Shown: positions 36,273 to 48,979 of the stretch, piece after piece | How positions within the stretch are numbered: the stretch's first letter is position 1 | Layout: every line of letters starts with the position of its first letter | DNA from: Raillietiella orientalis | Taxonomy: Eukaryota | Assembly (NCBI GenBank): GCA_036172245.1 | Contig: JAYWIR010000022.1 | Location: 3,100,001 to 3,164,000, forward strand | Reading direction: 5' to 3' | Length of the DNA: 64,000 nucleotides | Position numbers and translations under genes: made by a program | Notes under the pieces: generated by a model | Databases searched by the model: none | The model's input: only the letters and a program-made list of their open reading frames with translations | Told to the model about the DNA's origin: nothing

Positions 36273-37560
36273 CCGGGACCTTCGACCGCGACGACGCCCT
36301 GCGACCCTGAGGAAGTGCCCTCTCTCCACGGAGGAAGCCTCTTGCGGCGGCAGCTCCCATCTCGGCGGCGATCCTCTTTCTCTGCTGGACCTTCCTCCCG
36401 CGCGCGGAAGTCCAATTGGAAACGCGGCGCCGAGGAGGGTTCCTGCGGCTTACGGAGTCTCTTTGCCCACGACGCCGGCCACTGCGGTGCTCTCCCCCGG
36501 CCGTACGGAGCCGCCGCATGGGGGATTCGCAAAATACATGGGTCCGTCGGAGGAAGCGCTCGGGACATCTTTCTTTGGCTCGAGAGGACGCTGGCGAGGA
36601 CAGCGCCGTCCTGCGAGCAGCTGACCTCCTCCTCAGCCTGCATCGGTTTGCGACATTCATTGCATCAGTTTGCTGTACTCTGCTTTTTACTTATGGAATT
36701 TGTTTTGCATCTTTTATCGTGCCGCTTTCTACTCTCTATTTTATTGTGTTTTCTATTTTACTGCAGTTTCGATTTTTCATTTTTTTTTTTTTTTTTTTTG
36801 TTTCCACTTTTGTGCCGTTTTTCCTTAACACGCTGGAAGGTGGCAGTGCATTCGCTTCGGAGGCGGCATTTTCAAATGTGTGTATGTGTGTGTTTTTCCC
36901 TCCCCTTTTCATGCTGTGGACAGCTCCACCTAATGTGGTGCCTAGTAGTCGGCCGCCTCCCCGCCCCCCTCCGTCCAGGGTCAGCACACTCGGAGGGTCA
37001 GCTGCTGCTCCCGGTTCGTTCCGCGCGTCGCGACCCGTCAGCTGTTCGTGGACGCATAGCTTCATCAGGAACGCCTCCTGGGTGTGCTCCGCATGCCGAG
37101 CGCGAGCTCCGGTGTCCTTCCCGTCCCCAACCCTCCTTTGGGACCCCACCTCTCCCGCGAGCACATCGGGGATTGGCGTGGGAGAGGCGTTGGGAAAGAT
37201 AGAGCGAGCACCTTAGGGTAGGGGTGCGAAGGACGGAAGCTCGGAAGGGTGTAGGGACGGGGCGGGGATGATAACTAAGAGGCGCGAGTCCGCGAGTCGG
37301 CGCCGTCGCACGGGAGCGGCGCTGCGAGGGTATCTTCGTCCCATCGCAGGTGGAAGGATCAGTCGCCCCCCTCTTCCCACGGATTGAGCGGTTCCAAGGG
37401 AGCCGCACCCTAGGCGGTGGCGGCGGCGGCAGAGAGCTCCCGGTCGAAGGAATGTGTCTGGCATCGTAGCGGGCCGCCTTGCTCAACCTGCCAGAGTCGC
37501 GTCCGAAGCGAAAGGTCCAGATGGTAGAAAAACTCATTTTCATTCCCAGGTTCCACCCAA

Positions 37561-37566
37561 AATAAA
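37561..37566 (+). promoter_or_regulatory. Candidate polyadenylation signal (AATAAA) of EVI5
   Basis: Canonical hexamer about 1.3 kb after the stop, in the AT-rich patch where the GC domain fades; a second copy lies near 37647. Confidence 0.45.
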
Positions 37567-40226
37567 ATGACTATTAATATCGCAACGGGAAGAAGGATTT
37601 TTTTTCGAATTGAAAGTTTTTTGTTTAAAAAATAACTAACTAAACAAATAAAAATCATTCTGTTAAAAATGAGTCACCGTGTGGAGGGAAGGGAAGGGGT
37701 GCGTTGACTGAAGAAATGTTGCTGAAGAAACAAGGCATAAGTCGGGGAACAGGGAGGAGAACAGCAGAAGCGGTCGAATTCCCCCTCCTTGTTGCTGCCA
37801 CCCCTCACCCCTTTCTGCGCACCCCCCTCCCTCTTCACTTGATGGCTTGCGCCTGCATGCTGCCGCAGTTTTCTCCCTTTCCTAGAGATGGAACTCCTGG
37901 CACGTCTTGCGCGTTAGCAGCCTTTGGAGACCTTTCCTTAACGTTCCCGTGCGCGCACCAGTGGTGGCGACACGAGGTCTATTATTGCGCAGTGAGTCGG
38001 TGGGTCAACCTGGTCTGGAAACGCGCGCATAGCACACCCTCGGGCGATGCGTTGCTGGTGCTCCATTCACCTGAAAGTGCGACTGAAAGCGGAAGACATC
38101 AGAGAGAAATTCCGATCTTTTTTTGCTCCTCCCTCTCCTCCTGCTACCCTTAAGACGAAGAAGAAAGAAAGAAAGAAACAGCAAACGTCGAACGATTGAA
38201 CTCAAGATCGCTTTGTCTGTGGTTCTGGGTATCTCCCAGAAACCCGCTGTTCCACTGGAAACGGATCCAGGCTCTTGCCTTGGCAGCCTTCAGACTCACC
38301 CGCCGAGGAAGAAGAACCTGGGAAAGCTTTCGATTCACCTCCCACTTATTGAATCACAGGCAAAGATTCCAGGCAGCCTGGGCAGGAAACCCACGCTACC
38401 CCTGCTCGGAAATTCCAATAGTGCGCAGTCCCGCGTCTTCTTTTGCAGAACAAAAATGAAAATCAAAACAGCAGCAAGAAGGCGGAGCCAAAAGAAGACA
38501 GTAGATTAGGGTGGAAGTCCCTGGACGCGGTCAGAAGCTCTCCCTCGCTGCTGACTGGGACGCTGGTTGCCCCCTCTTCTTGGTCTGTGAGCACCGCGAT
38601 GACTCTTAGGAGGATGGGTGTGGCAAAACTATCTTTCGATTCCCATGTTTCTGCGTTCTGGAATGGTCTTTGTGACTCAAACGTAAAGGTCATCTACGGC
38701 TGGTAAACGCCCATGAAAAAAAAGGAAGAAATGCAACGCCCATTCCTGCGGAAATCAAGGGCGAATCACCAGAGTCCATCGGCTCGTCCTTCCTGCGGAA
38801 TGGGGAAATCCCAATCCCTTGCAGGCTACTACTGCTTGTGGGGAGGACTGGTCCTCCAGCTTGCGGAGTTCCCACGAACCCGGAAGACCTTCGAGAAACG
38901 GCCCAGAGTAGGAAGGCAGTTAGTTGTCTTCCGTTGAACTAGCCCACAGGTAAGAAGGAAGGAGAAGTGGGACCATCGCTCTGCGTGATTGCCATCGCTA
39001 ACACCAGCGGCGTTCGCATGCAATCAACTCGCGCGTAGACAGAACGTCCTGGTCGCTCTATCATGGGGATGGGAAAGTTTCATGTCGCTGCGCGCTCAAC
39101 GTGATTGTGTTTAGAATTGCTAATTTTCAGTGGCCACTGACCCAGCCTCTGGGTGCACGAAACAAAGTGCTTGCCTTTTTTTCTTTTTGTCAACCCCGAG
39201 GAGTCGTTTCAGGGTGTTTCTTCTGCTCCGCACCCTCACGCGATCGTAAAAGAGCACAGCCCTGCTCATGCGATTCTCACAATTTCTCATTAGCACACTG
39301 CAAGAACACGATTATGCTGATGTGGTATGATAAAACAGCAGAGGCATGACGATATGTATACATGTGGCGTGACATATGCCACCGTGGCGCGTCACGATGA
39401 CAGTGTAGGAATCCTGCGAGTGGCTCGGAAGGACGACGATGCCTTCGCGGCAAGCGCGTAGACGCCGATTCAAGTGTGCCCTCTTCGTCAAGCGTTGCCA
39501 TCAGCCTGCAGCCGCTGTAGTCAAGTCCATTTTGAATGCTGTTTGATTCTTCTTGCAAGAAGAAAGAAGCAAAGTTTCGACCGCGAGAAGAAGGCATGTA
39601 TCCAGAACTCAAGTGTCCCAGGGTCAAAACGTTATTCAGCGTGTAACCACCCATGAAGTGAGGCATAAACATGCAAAACACAAACAAACCAGGAAGCGCC
39701 TTTGTGAGTTTGGTGCCAGCTGGCACATCTTTGTTGTAAACGGAGAGCACACTCTTCAGATTCACAACACACACAACTGAAAAGTCACCATAAAAAATAA
39801 ATAAAGGGATAATCTTCAGCACGTCTCGAAACGCGAAGTGGACCGCTCAAAAACTGCTCGCGAAAAATAGAATGGCCCTCGGAATGCCCTTTTCGGGCCA
39901 TTCAATTCAGCTGGCAGAGCACGCTGACGATGAACCGCCGGCTTGCTTTCCCTTTTTTGCTGGAAATGCTCGTTTTACCTACGCTAATCCACCACCCAAG
40001 GCATGAGTCTCGTGTCGATTAGCAACGCCCGAAAGACAAAAAGAGATGCCAATGACTTGAGCTACGGAAACAAGTGAAAAAGAGACAAGAAAGTACCACA
40101 AAGAAACTAAATCTTTCTCTGCAAAGATTTTCCTACCAGGACGAAACAAACACGAAGATATGGGTGGACTGCGGCAGGAAGGTTACATGGAAATGCAGCA
40201 CGGAGGAATGCTTTCGGAATGAAAGA

Positions 40227-40267
40227 TTTATGACCTTTACTTTCGGAATGAAACTAAAGGTCATAAA
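40227..40267. repeat. Inverted repeat / hairpin (18-bp arms, 1 mismatch, 5-nt loop)
   Basis: TTTATGACCTTTACTTTC-ggaat-GAAACTAAAGGTCATAAA. Confidence 0.8.
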
Positions 40268-41663
40268 CGAATGATCCTCGATTAATCGGGATGAGAGACC
40301 CGTTTGCTGACGCACTGGTTATACTAGCTGGTCACTGGATCCACTTTCGAATACGCTGGAGGCGTGCCGAGATGCGTGTGCTCCTCCGGAGCTTGGCTGC
40401 ATCGAAGAAAGCCACAGTGTTTGTTTGGGTGCTTATGCCAGTTGCAGCAGGCACGTTGGAATGAAAAACATATTTGCTAACGGCCGCTGGTTTTCGAAAC
40501 AGACCTCTGCAAGTGCTTATGGCACCGACAAAAATCTCCAAAGTTGCGAACTTTTGCATTACATACGTTGTCCTTGAAAATACTCCGCACTGCCTATAGA
40601 ACTGAAACGGTTCCCTGCATTCCAGCCAGTTTCAGATTTTTCCCGCATTTGGATAGCTCGCGCTGATGAGTTCCGATGCCCCACGTTGAGATTAATTCGT
40701 ACTTTAGGAACGACACAAACGAAGAACAGGAAAGGCAGGGTAGCAAAGGCCACAAGACGGGTCCCACAACAGGGAAAAACCCTTCTCGGTTCCAGGGAGT
40801 GAAGGACACTTGTGCAGATGTTCCTCCGAAAAAACATCTGCACAAAAGCCTGGAAATTATTTTCATGAAACCGAATAATAATAATAATAATAAAAGATCC
40901 AGGCCGTTGTGTATATTCCGTTGAAAGAATATTTTGTTGCGTCTTCACTATGTTTTAAAGCCTAAAAATTTTTCTAACTTCTTTCTAACATTGCCACTGG
41001 AAGGTTCCAAAATGTTAATGATTTCCTTCGAAACTGATAACGCGGAAGATCACAGTATAGGAACTGTAAACGCGCTATTTGGAACAAATCCTGTAGACCG
41101 CCACCTGTAGATGGAGTGCATCTCCACTGGTAAGCCATCGTCGTACTCATTCCCTAAGGCAGAAAGACCGTTTTCCAAGTCCCTTTCATGAATAGGCAAT
41201 CTATTTTTGGCTGTTGCACTTGTGCACCATACATCTGACTCTTTCAAGGCAGGCAGATAAGGGGGCCTCATAAACGCCAGACGGAGACTCCGTGTTGTTT
41301 CCATAATTTCGGCTAGAGAATGCATACGTGTGGGTTGGGAAGCAGAACGCAGGCATAACAAACGACAAGTATCGCCGAAAACCTCAGTTCTTGCATCCGG
41401 GAGAACCAAGGATCCCAAAGTGTCCCAACGAAATACGATTTCAACAAACGAACCGGCTGAATCGTTTGGGAGCCTCCTGCCGCACTGAATCGAGAGGGAT
41501 GGAATGCATGTGCGATGCCATACACAGATATCATCAAGAAATCTGTTGCTGATGCCTTTTCGACATTTCGCTTCCACAGTGACTTTTATAAACCATGTGT
41601 GTACACGAACTGGAGATCAGACGCGAATTGGAATCCATTACTGGATTAAAATGTCTTAAATCG

Positions 41664-41669
41664 TTTATT
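41664..41669 (-). promoter_or_regulatory. Candidate polyadenylation signal (AATAAA) of ASNA1
   Basis: TTTATT on the plus strand about 57 nt downstream of the ASNA1 stop. Confidence 0.55.
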
Positions 41670-41725
41670 ATCAAACAGCATAACAATATACTACTTTGTG
41701 CAAACAATGTAAGGAACTCTGAAAA

Positions 41726-44700
41726 CTACTGACCATATGGTTTTATTAAATACTCTGAAAACTTTCGCAAATCTTCAACACCACGAATCTCGTGATCCAA
41801 AAGTGGTAATTTGGTGATATTAAAATCTTCATATAAATCGTGGATCTAAAAGCAAATAATTAAATTACAAAGCGGTTTGATTTCGAGTTTGCTTTAAATA
41901 AAACTTTAAACATATGAGAATACACAAACATGCAATGAATACAAAACTCACTTGGTGTAAATACTTTAGCTGAAGATTACATCTGGACTTGCATAAACCA
42001 CATGGCTGCTCCATGGCCTTTAGAAATAGCAGTTGATTTACAACAATGTTATGTGTGTCAATTCCATATCTTGTCAATTCTTGGACCAATCTCTCTGTTT
42101 CATAAACAGAAAGAAATTCTGGAATACACACACAGATGAAAGTTGTTTGATCCTGAAAATACATGCAAGAATATAGCCAATCTTTAGCAGACAATGCATA
42201 ATGAAGTACAATTTGATAAATACCATATCAATATGTTCAATATGTTAAAGTGAAATAAGCCAAAATTTAGCTTGGAACTGATCACTTGGTACAAATTAAC
42301 AGAACAAACATCAGTTAATTAACAAAATTCCACATAGCATTTTAATTAAGGGATTTGGGCACAAAAGAGTATACATACCGGATTTCTAAACTGCTCATGA
42401 ATTTGCCTAATTATGGGCATCAAATTCTCAAGTTTATTTGACATGCTGTCAACATTGACATCAGTCATACCTAGCATGGATACAATCTAAGAAAGACTTT
42501 ATTTAGAAATACATTAAACCAGTTCTGATAAAAATGTTGAAAATTAGCCAACAACACTCAAATGATTACAAACATTATGAAAAATGACAAAATGAAAAAT
42601 GCGTTCTTCCGACTGCTTTTATAAGTTATAACATGTTGCAAAGAAATTTTCATTCAAGACAATTTTTTTTTTTTTTTTCCAACCAATAATGCTATTATTT
42701 TGCGAGAAGAAAGAAAAATAAATAAATACTGCATAACACTGACAATAGAATACCAGAGATTTGTGTTCATTTCCATCGGTAAAAATACAAAAATTCACCT
42801 GATTAAATAATGGTGTTACATGTGATTTAAGTCGTAAAATCTTGCCAAGACCTTTTTCCACCAGCTGAGGAAAAGAGAGAAGCCTCAATGTATGTCCTGT
42901 AGGAGCAGTATCAAAAACAACTGTAGAAAAATCCATATCTTTAACCAGTCTAGGGGCAGAACAAAAAAGGATGAAATGACCTTTGTTTTTTTTAAAAAAT
43001 TCAAGTCACCTCATCACTTCAGCATAACTCATAGCTTCATCTATTCCTGGAAAAGCTCCTAATAAATCTTGCATTACAGATTTACTAAGTCGAATAGGAT
43101 CATTATTATCTTCAAAATATTCTTCTGGTAATTCAGCCATTCCTGCATTTGGATCAATCTCCTAAACGAAATAAAACAAAAAGATACCAATATAGTACCA
43201 TTAAATTATAAGAAACAAATTTCTTGTAAAAATATTAGGGGAAGAATAATTATAAATCACAGTTAAAATGGCATCATAAGCACTCTACTAATTGTAATTG
43301 GAAATTATTTTCAAATTCTCACTATTGAAATCGTGGGTCACATACAACAAACATCATACCATTGCATATAAATTGTCAAATCCTTTAACAAGCGTGGGAA
43401 CTTTCATAAACTTCTGATTAAAAGCATCTGATGTGTTGTGAGCAGGATCAGTTGACAATAACAAAACACTTTTTCTTATTTTCGACAGCTGGATAGCCAA
43501 ACTACAACTAGTGGAATAATCATGCATTAATTCAATACAAATCATGTGAGATGCACATAAAGAATACCCCAATAATGGCATGTACTTTCACGTCATATGA
43601 ACTTTAAGATTTAAACACTTACAATGAAACCATATGAAATACTCGCAAAATAAATGATAGCACCATAATACATGAAAATAATTGACAACCATCTTTACTT
43701 TGGAGTAGTAAATGCAAACTGTATACGTTTTCCCAAATCAATCAATAAACATTGTTTCTAGCAATATATACAACACTAAGATAATTCACAACGGGAAATC
43801 TAATAAATTGCGACAATGATGTTTCAATTGCAACACAGATTACCATCAGCAATTGTATTCAGAAAAGGGGAGTGCTACACAAGGTGCATAATTATCCTGA
43901 AACTAAAATCACATAAAGTTTGTAAATGATGCCTTAGCTTTCACGTTTCTATTATTTCCACCGATATTTGGTGATTTCAGTATGGATAATATTTGATCTG
44001 AAAGTGATAAAAATAATCACTTAATGAAAATAACACATTTTACAGTATGAATCTAAACAAACCAAGAAAATTCTTCCGAATTATCAGTTGATGAAGAATA
44101 AAATAACCCAAAATGATGAGCTGTTCACCTTGAAAGAAGTGCTTATTTGTGAAAACTGAGCAGGTCAACAGATCAGAGATTTTATCTTGAAATACATAAA
44201 TGTATGCACATTCTCTAAATCTATCATAAAGTAAATACAGGCAATACCTCATGCACCCACTTGCATACAGCTAATAAGAGAACAATTAAGGCCAGACAAT
44301 ATTTTAATGGTATCTGTCCAATTCTGAAAAAAATTGTATGACAAATTTTCACCAGACAGTACAGATTTCAATAGTGTGGTAAGAACATCAAATTCAACTG
44401 TGTCATATGCTAGGGAAAACAAGAACTAAAAACAGAAAGTAGCTCACTCATTCCAACCCTGACTTTTGAATTTCCATTCCTTGAGTTGGATCATATAAAC
44501 AATGCATGTTACAATTTCCAAAGTATGTAATTTTAAAAATATAACCTTCAGGCATACATGGTACTGTTTCCATTCATTTGCTCAGTAGATGTGATCCCAG
44601 CTGTTTCATTCTTGATATAAGAAAAATATGTCCAGAAATCATCCCAAAGCATAAGTCATAAAATTCTATCACTTGGAAAACCAAATCTACCTGTTTCACC

Positions 44701-46466
44701 AACACATAAGTATTCACTAAACTATGATTTTTAATTTCATTTGTGCAAGATCATGAATGATTTCTCTCTATTTGTTCCATAGTTTTTGATACTTTACTGG
44801 TAATGAGTGAGTAAATTATAACTTGAGTTTTTGTCATACTTGCATTCAGTCTAAAGCTGTAACATATGCTGCTTGACTTCATTTGTTCAACTTTTTATGC
44901 TTTGTTCAATATCTGAGATGTTTAATTCAAGTTTACAATGTAAACAAATGTTTCACAACTAAAGAATCTCTGCTACCTTGCTTCTCTCCTCCTCCTCTTT
45001 GAAATCATTACTAAGGACATTGTTTGGAGTGAAATTTCAAGAACAATCTTTTTTCCCTTGCGTGCCCAAATTTAAAATCTTAACCAGAACTCCTATTTTG
45101 TTCAGATCCCATACTAATTAATCATTGTTTGCATTCAAAATTGAGATATATTTCTGGCCCACTCCATGTATTTGTTCACCTACACAAATATGAGAAACAA
45201 AAAACTATTATAAGCTAATATGCTAACTAACTGAAAACTTTATTGGGAGAATCTTTGCATCAGTGTAATTAAAGCTTCATTTACTACAACACTACCAATT
45301 CTTAATCTTCAATTAAAAATAGCTTTACTTGAATGCTTCTAATTCTTAGCATGTGGGCAGTCTATGCATAAAAGCTTACAGTAGTCAGTACTTTATGCTG
45401 TTAACTCTTGCTGAATTGTGTGTGTGTGTGTGTTTTTTTTTCTTTCCAGTGAACATTGGGTTTAAGTTTGGCTTGGTTTACCAGCTGAGCTATCCCATTT
45501 ATCAATTCCCCTTATAGTTTTTTTTTTGACTTATTTGAATCCACACACAAAACCAACATATTTCAAAAGACTAATTACTTCTTTTGTTACATTTATTGTT
45601 TAAATGTCTATCCTTTACAACTGGGTTTGAAGTGTTCATTAATCTCCTCATTAATTAACAACTGTGTTTATGAATATTGGTCACTTGACTCGTTTTAAGA
45701 GAATAAACACTTTCTCGTATGAACTAGAACTTCATAACAAGTTCCAATTTCTTTTATAATATTAAAATTTTTGATAGCTTTTTCATCTTTAAAGTTTTCC
45801 TGAATTCTTTAAAATTACAGGAGATTTTAAAGACGATCTTCTTTGTAGTTATTTTAATTTGTTACATCGCAATTCAAAAATGAATAAAGTTAGATGTTTT
45901 TTCAATTCTAAAAAAATCATTACAAACAACTGAAACCATACTCAAATTCAGTCACAGGGATACGAGCTGAAAATTAATCTAGATATGCACATATGAACTT
46001 CATTGACTGAGAGCATGCTGATTTGAGCAGAAATGAACAAAAATAATGCATCTTTTCGTTGGGATTGTCAGTCTACTGAACACAAATCAGTTCATCTCCA
46101 GGCAGTACTTCACAATGAACAAGGAAACTTCACAAAGTTTGACATTTTCCTCCGGATACACCAGATAAATGTTCTATTACGTTTGAAATTCACATTCGGA
46201 ACAAAACAAAATTACTTTCCAGTTTCATCATGTATACGTGGATTTGAATCTCGACTTCTTGAAAGGTCTTAGCAATACCCACTTGTATTACTTTAAGTCA
46301 TTTGAAGAATTTGAAAATATACTTATTTTGCAGTTTACCTTGTAGTTGTTTTCCCAACACCTCCTTTTCCACCAACAAATATCCACTTCAAGGAAGTTTG
46401 TTTCAGAACATTCTTCAAGCTATTCTCATACACAACCGGTGGAGCCAATTCTGTATCACCATCCAT
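41726..46466 (-). CDS. ASNA1: ATPase ASNA1/GET3 (TRC40), tail-anchored protein targeting factor, 7 exons, 335 aa
   Basis: Exons 46466-46339, 43507-43360, 43161-43010, 42949-42799, 42486-42379, 42152-41952 and 41845-41726 (1008 nt, phases consistent). P-loop [67 protein letters not shown], CxxC (CGLC), DLYEDF..KLPLL..EIRG. Confidence 0.96.
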
Positions 46467-48881
46467 TCTTTCTGCAAACACAGTTTCCATAGAACAAGAA
46501 AATAAAACCTCAGTTGATTAACTGTTTGTGGTGATTCATGCTGAAAGTGGATGTTACGATAACTATTATAATGTTTTGCGCTCGTCCACAAAATTCAACT
46601 TTACATGTGCAAGGACTCCGCAAACAGTGCAGAGGGGTTTCATAAAGCAACGCCCAAGTGAACCAGCCGTGCAATATTCATAGCATTGTTAATAGGGAGA
46701 ATATAATATTGGAGCAGCACATATCATACCATAAAGTATTCTTGCACTCTTGATGTTCCGGCTTTTTTAATACTTTCTATTTTATCAAGGGCCAACAGAA
46801 GGAAAAGGCAGGTTTTTAACACGAGCGTGCAAACTTTAAGGTAAACGCAGATCGTTTCGACAAAGTGTACATGGCAAAAGATTCATGTGAACGCAAATCG
46901 GCAAGCATTTTCGTGTCAAAAATACCCTATTTAACTTTGTTTTCAACAAGCAACAAATCTGACAACCTGTATATGTGCACGCACCAAAAATGCAAGAAAT
47001 GTTGCGGTACACGTCTGTACGCTCACTACTTGGATTTCATTTGAATTCGCGGTTCCAGTACATTTTCTGCAAATAATGTGCAAAAAGGATAAAAATTTGT
47101 AGCACTTGACTACATCATGACGAATGATAACTTTTCATAAATAGCTTTAAGTAATAAGAAAATTATCTTAAATCACGGTAATTACATAATGATACCGAGT
47201 GACTCGGTGTTATCATCAAGTTAGTATTTCAAATGAAGGCAAGGCAAAAATGTTTCCAATTAAAGAAATATGGTTAAAAATCGTTAAAATTCTAAATAGA
47301 GAAAATTAAGCTATATATAGTGCGGAATATATAACATCTTTGAAATATCAACCCACATATTTTTTTTAACCTGGATCATTACTCTATAAGACTCACTAGA
47401 AAACCTTCCTGGTTTGTTGAGAACATTACCATTATTTTTAAGATGCTTCAGATTAGTGTAAAATAAGAAACTTAGGGATTGATCGTATCAAGGTGCTCCA
47501 AAAATGAGATTTTTGCATAGTAATTTATTCTAATACAGTATATCACACAAATGCTTTAACGACTGTCTATCATTGTGTAACTTTTCTAGAAATATAAATA
47601 ATTAATAAGAATATGATAATGAAAAATTTCAATCAGTAGAGGTACATCAGTAAACACGTACTCATTCTGTTCTCGAAGCATCTTTTTTGTAGTAAGGAGT
47701 CTAATTTTTGGAAGATATTGTCCAAAATAACAGAAGATGCTACTAAAAATGACTTTTTAAGTTCACAAATATAAGCATCTATATTTACACATTCTCAGAA
47801 ACGCTAAATAATCAACAAAGCACAGAGAATAATTCATAACTATTGCAAGAATTAATCGGAAGCCATCATTGGCATAAATCAGGTGTTTTTTTTATACGAT
47901 CAGATGAACTTGAAGGCCTTATTCATCGAACGTGATTAAATGCAGTTTGCTCCGCCGTCCATCTCTTCCTCTTTTAGGAATAGCGTGTTATCCGACTACT
48001 ATGACAAAGCAGTCCTGTCCTGTCACACTTGAAAATATATTTGCAATCTTTGGCAAACCATGCTGTGATGTTTCACATGTGGTGTCTTTCACGTGGGATG
48101 TTTCAAGGAAAGCTAAATGCACATCAAGACAAACAGTTTTATGAGCATTAGAAACCCGAAACTGTCAATTGGAGAAACTTGTTTGCAGCCATCTTCAGTG
48201 CTGTTTGAACTGTTTCGAAAGCAAAAGGCCTCATGAATATTTGCATTGACCTAATCTACGCAGAGAAATGCTTTTTAAGTCCCCAATTTTTTGTTCTTGT
48301 TCATCTTTCTTATTATCGACAGCTGCAGTTCTGATTGCTGTGTGAAAGAGACATTAAATAGCATTTACCACCGAAGTTGGTTTTGTTTCTCATCCGTTGT
48401 ATATATTCTAGACTTCCGCGATCTAAATTATTCATCGCACACACTCTAGGTAGCAAATCTGTTCTCGTGACTGAATCTTTAAAAAGGGCATTTAGTTTTG
48501 GTACTCTCGACAAGCCCGAAGCTTTAAAATCAGGGTTCCATAACGTCAGCAAAACAAAATATTTGCCATTTAAAGACGAAATGGTGGTATTTTCAAGAAT
48601 TGACATCCAAGTTCCCGAGAACACAACACTGGTGAAATGAAGCGGACGTCCGGGTAGTCCGTAAATTCAGTTCATTAAATGTAAAGCGCCCCATAATTAT
48701 TCACTGTGCACATCCCCTGAACAGAAGTCACAAAATAAACATTTGCGCAATGGTTACTACAAAAACGGATTGATTATATGCATTTGCAAACTATCCAGTT
48801 TTTGTCATCTTATCCTGCAAAAATGAATTATGAATGTGAAAGCGGAAATTGAAAGTTGCTTCATTGTCTAAATAAAACTCC

Positions 48882-48887
48882 TTTATT
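48882..48887 (-). promoter_or_regulatory. Candidate polyadenylation signal (AATAAA) of GTF2F1
   Basis: TTTATT on the plus strand about 93 nt downstream of the stop. Confidence 0.55.
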
Positions 48888-48979
48888 ACACTGAACATCA
48901 GTACAGATTCATTGATCACCATTTTAGCACATTGTCACCAATTCCATACTCATTAACGATCAATAAGAAAATGTGACTA

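Noticed and set aside
10100..37500. Bacterial contamination or horizontal transfer as the source of the GC-rich block
   Set aside because: It contains spliceosomal exons of a metazoan EVI5 that join in phase with an exon outside the block; no bacterial gene density.
41050..41577. 175-aa minus-strand ORF downstream of ASNA1, and 39277-39822
   Set aside because: Non-ATG starts, no recognisable domain and no coherent splice model.
46060..46232. Possible intronic C/D snoRNA in ASNA1 (ATGATGA...CTGA on the minus strand)
   Set aside because: No terminal stem or recognisable guide; the boxes are expected by chance.
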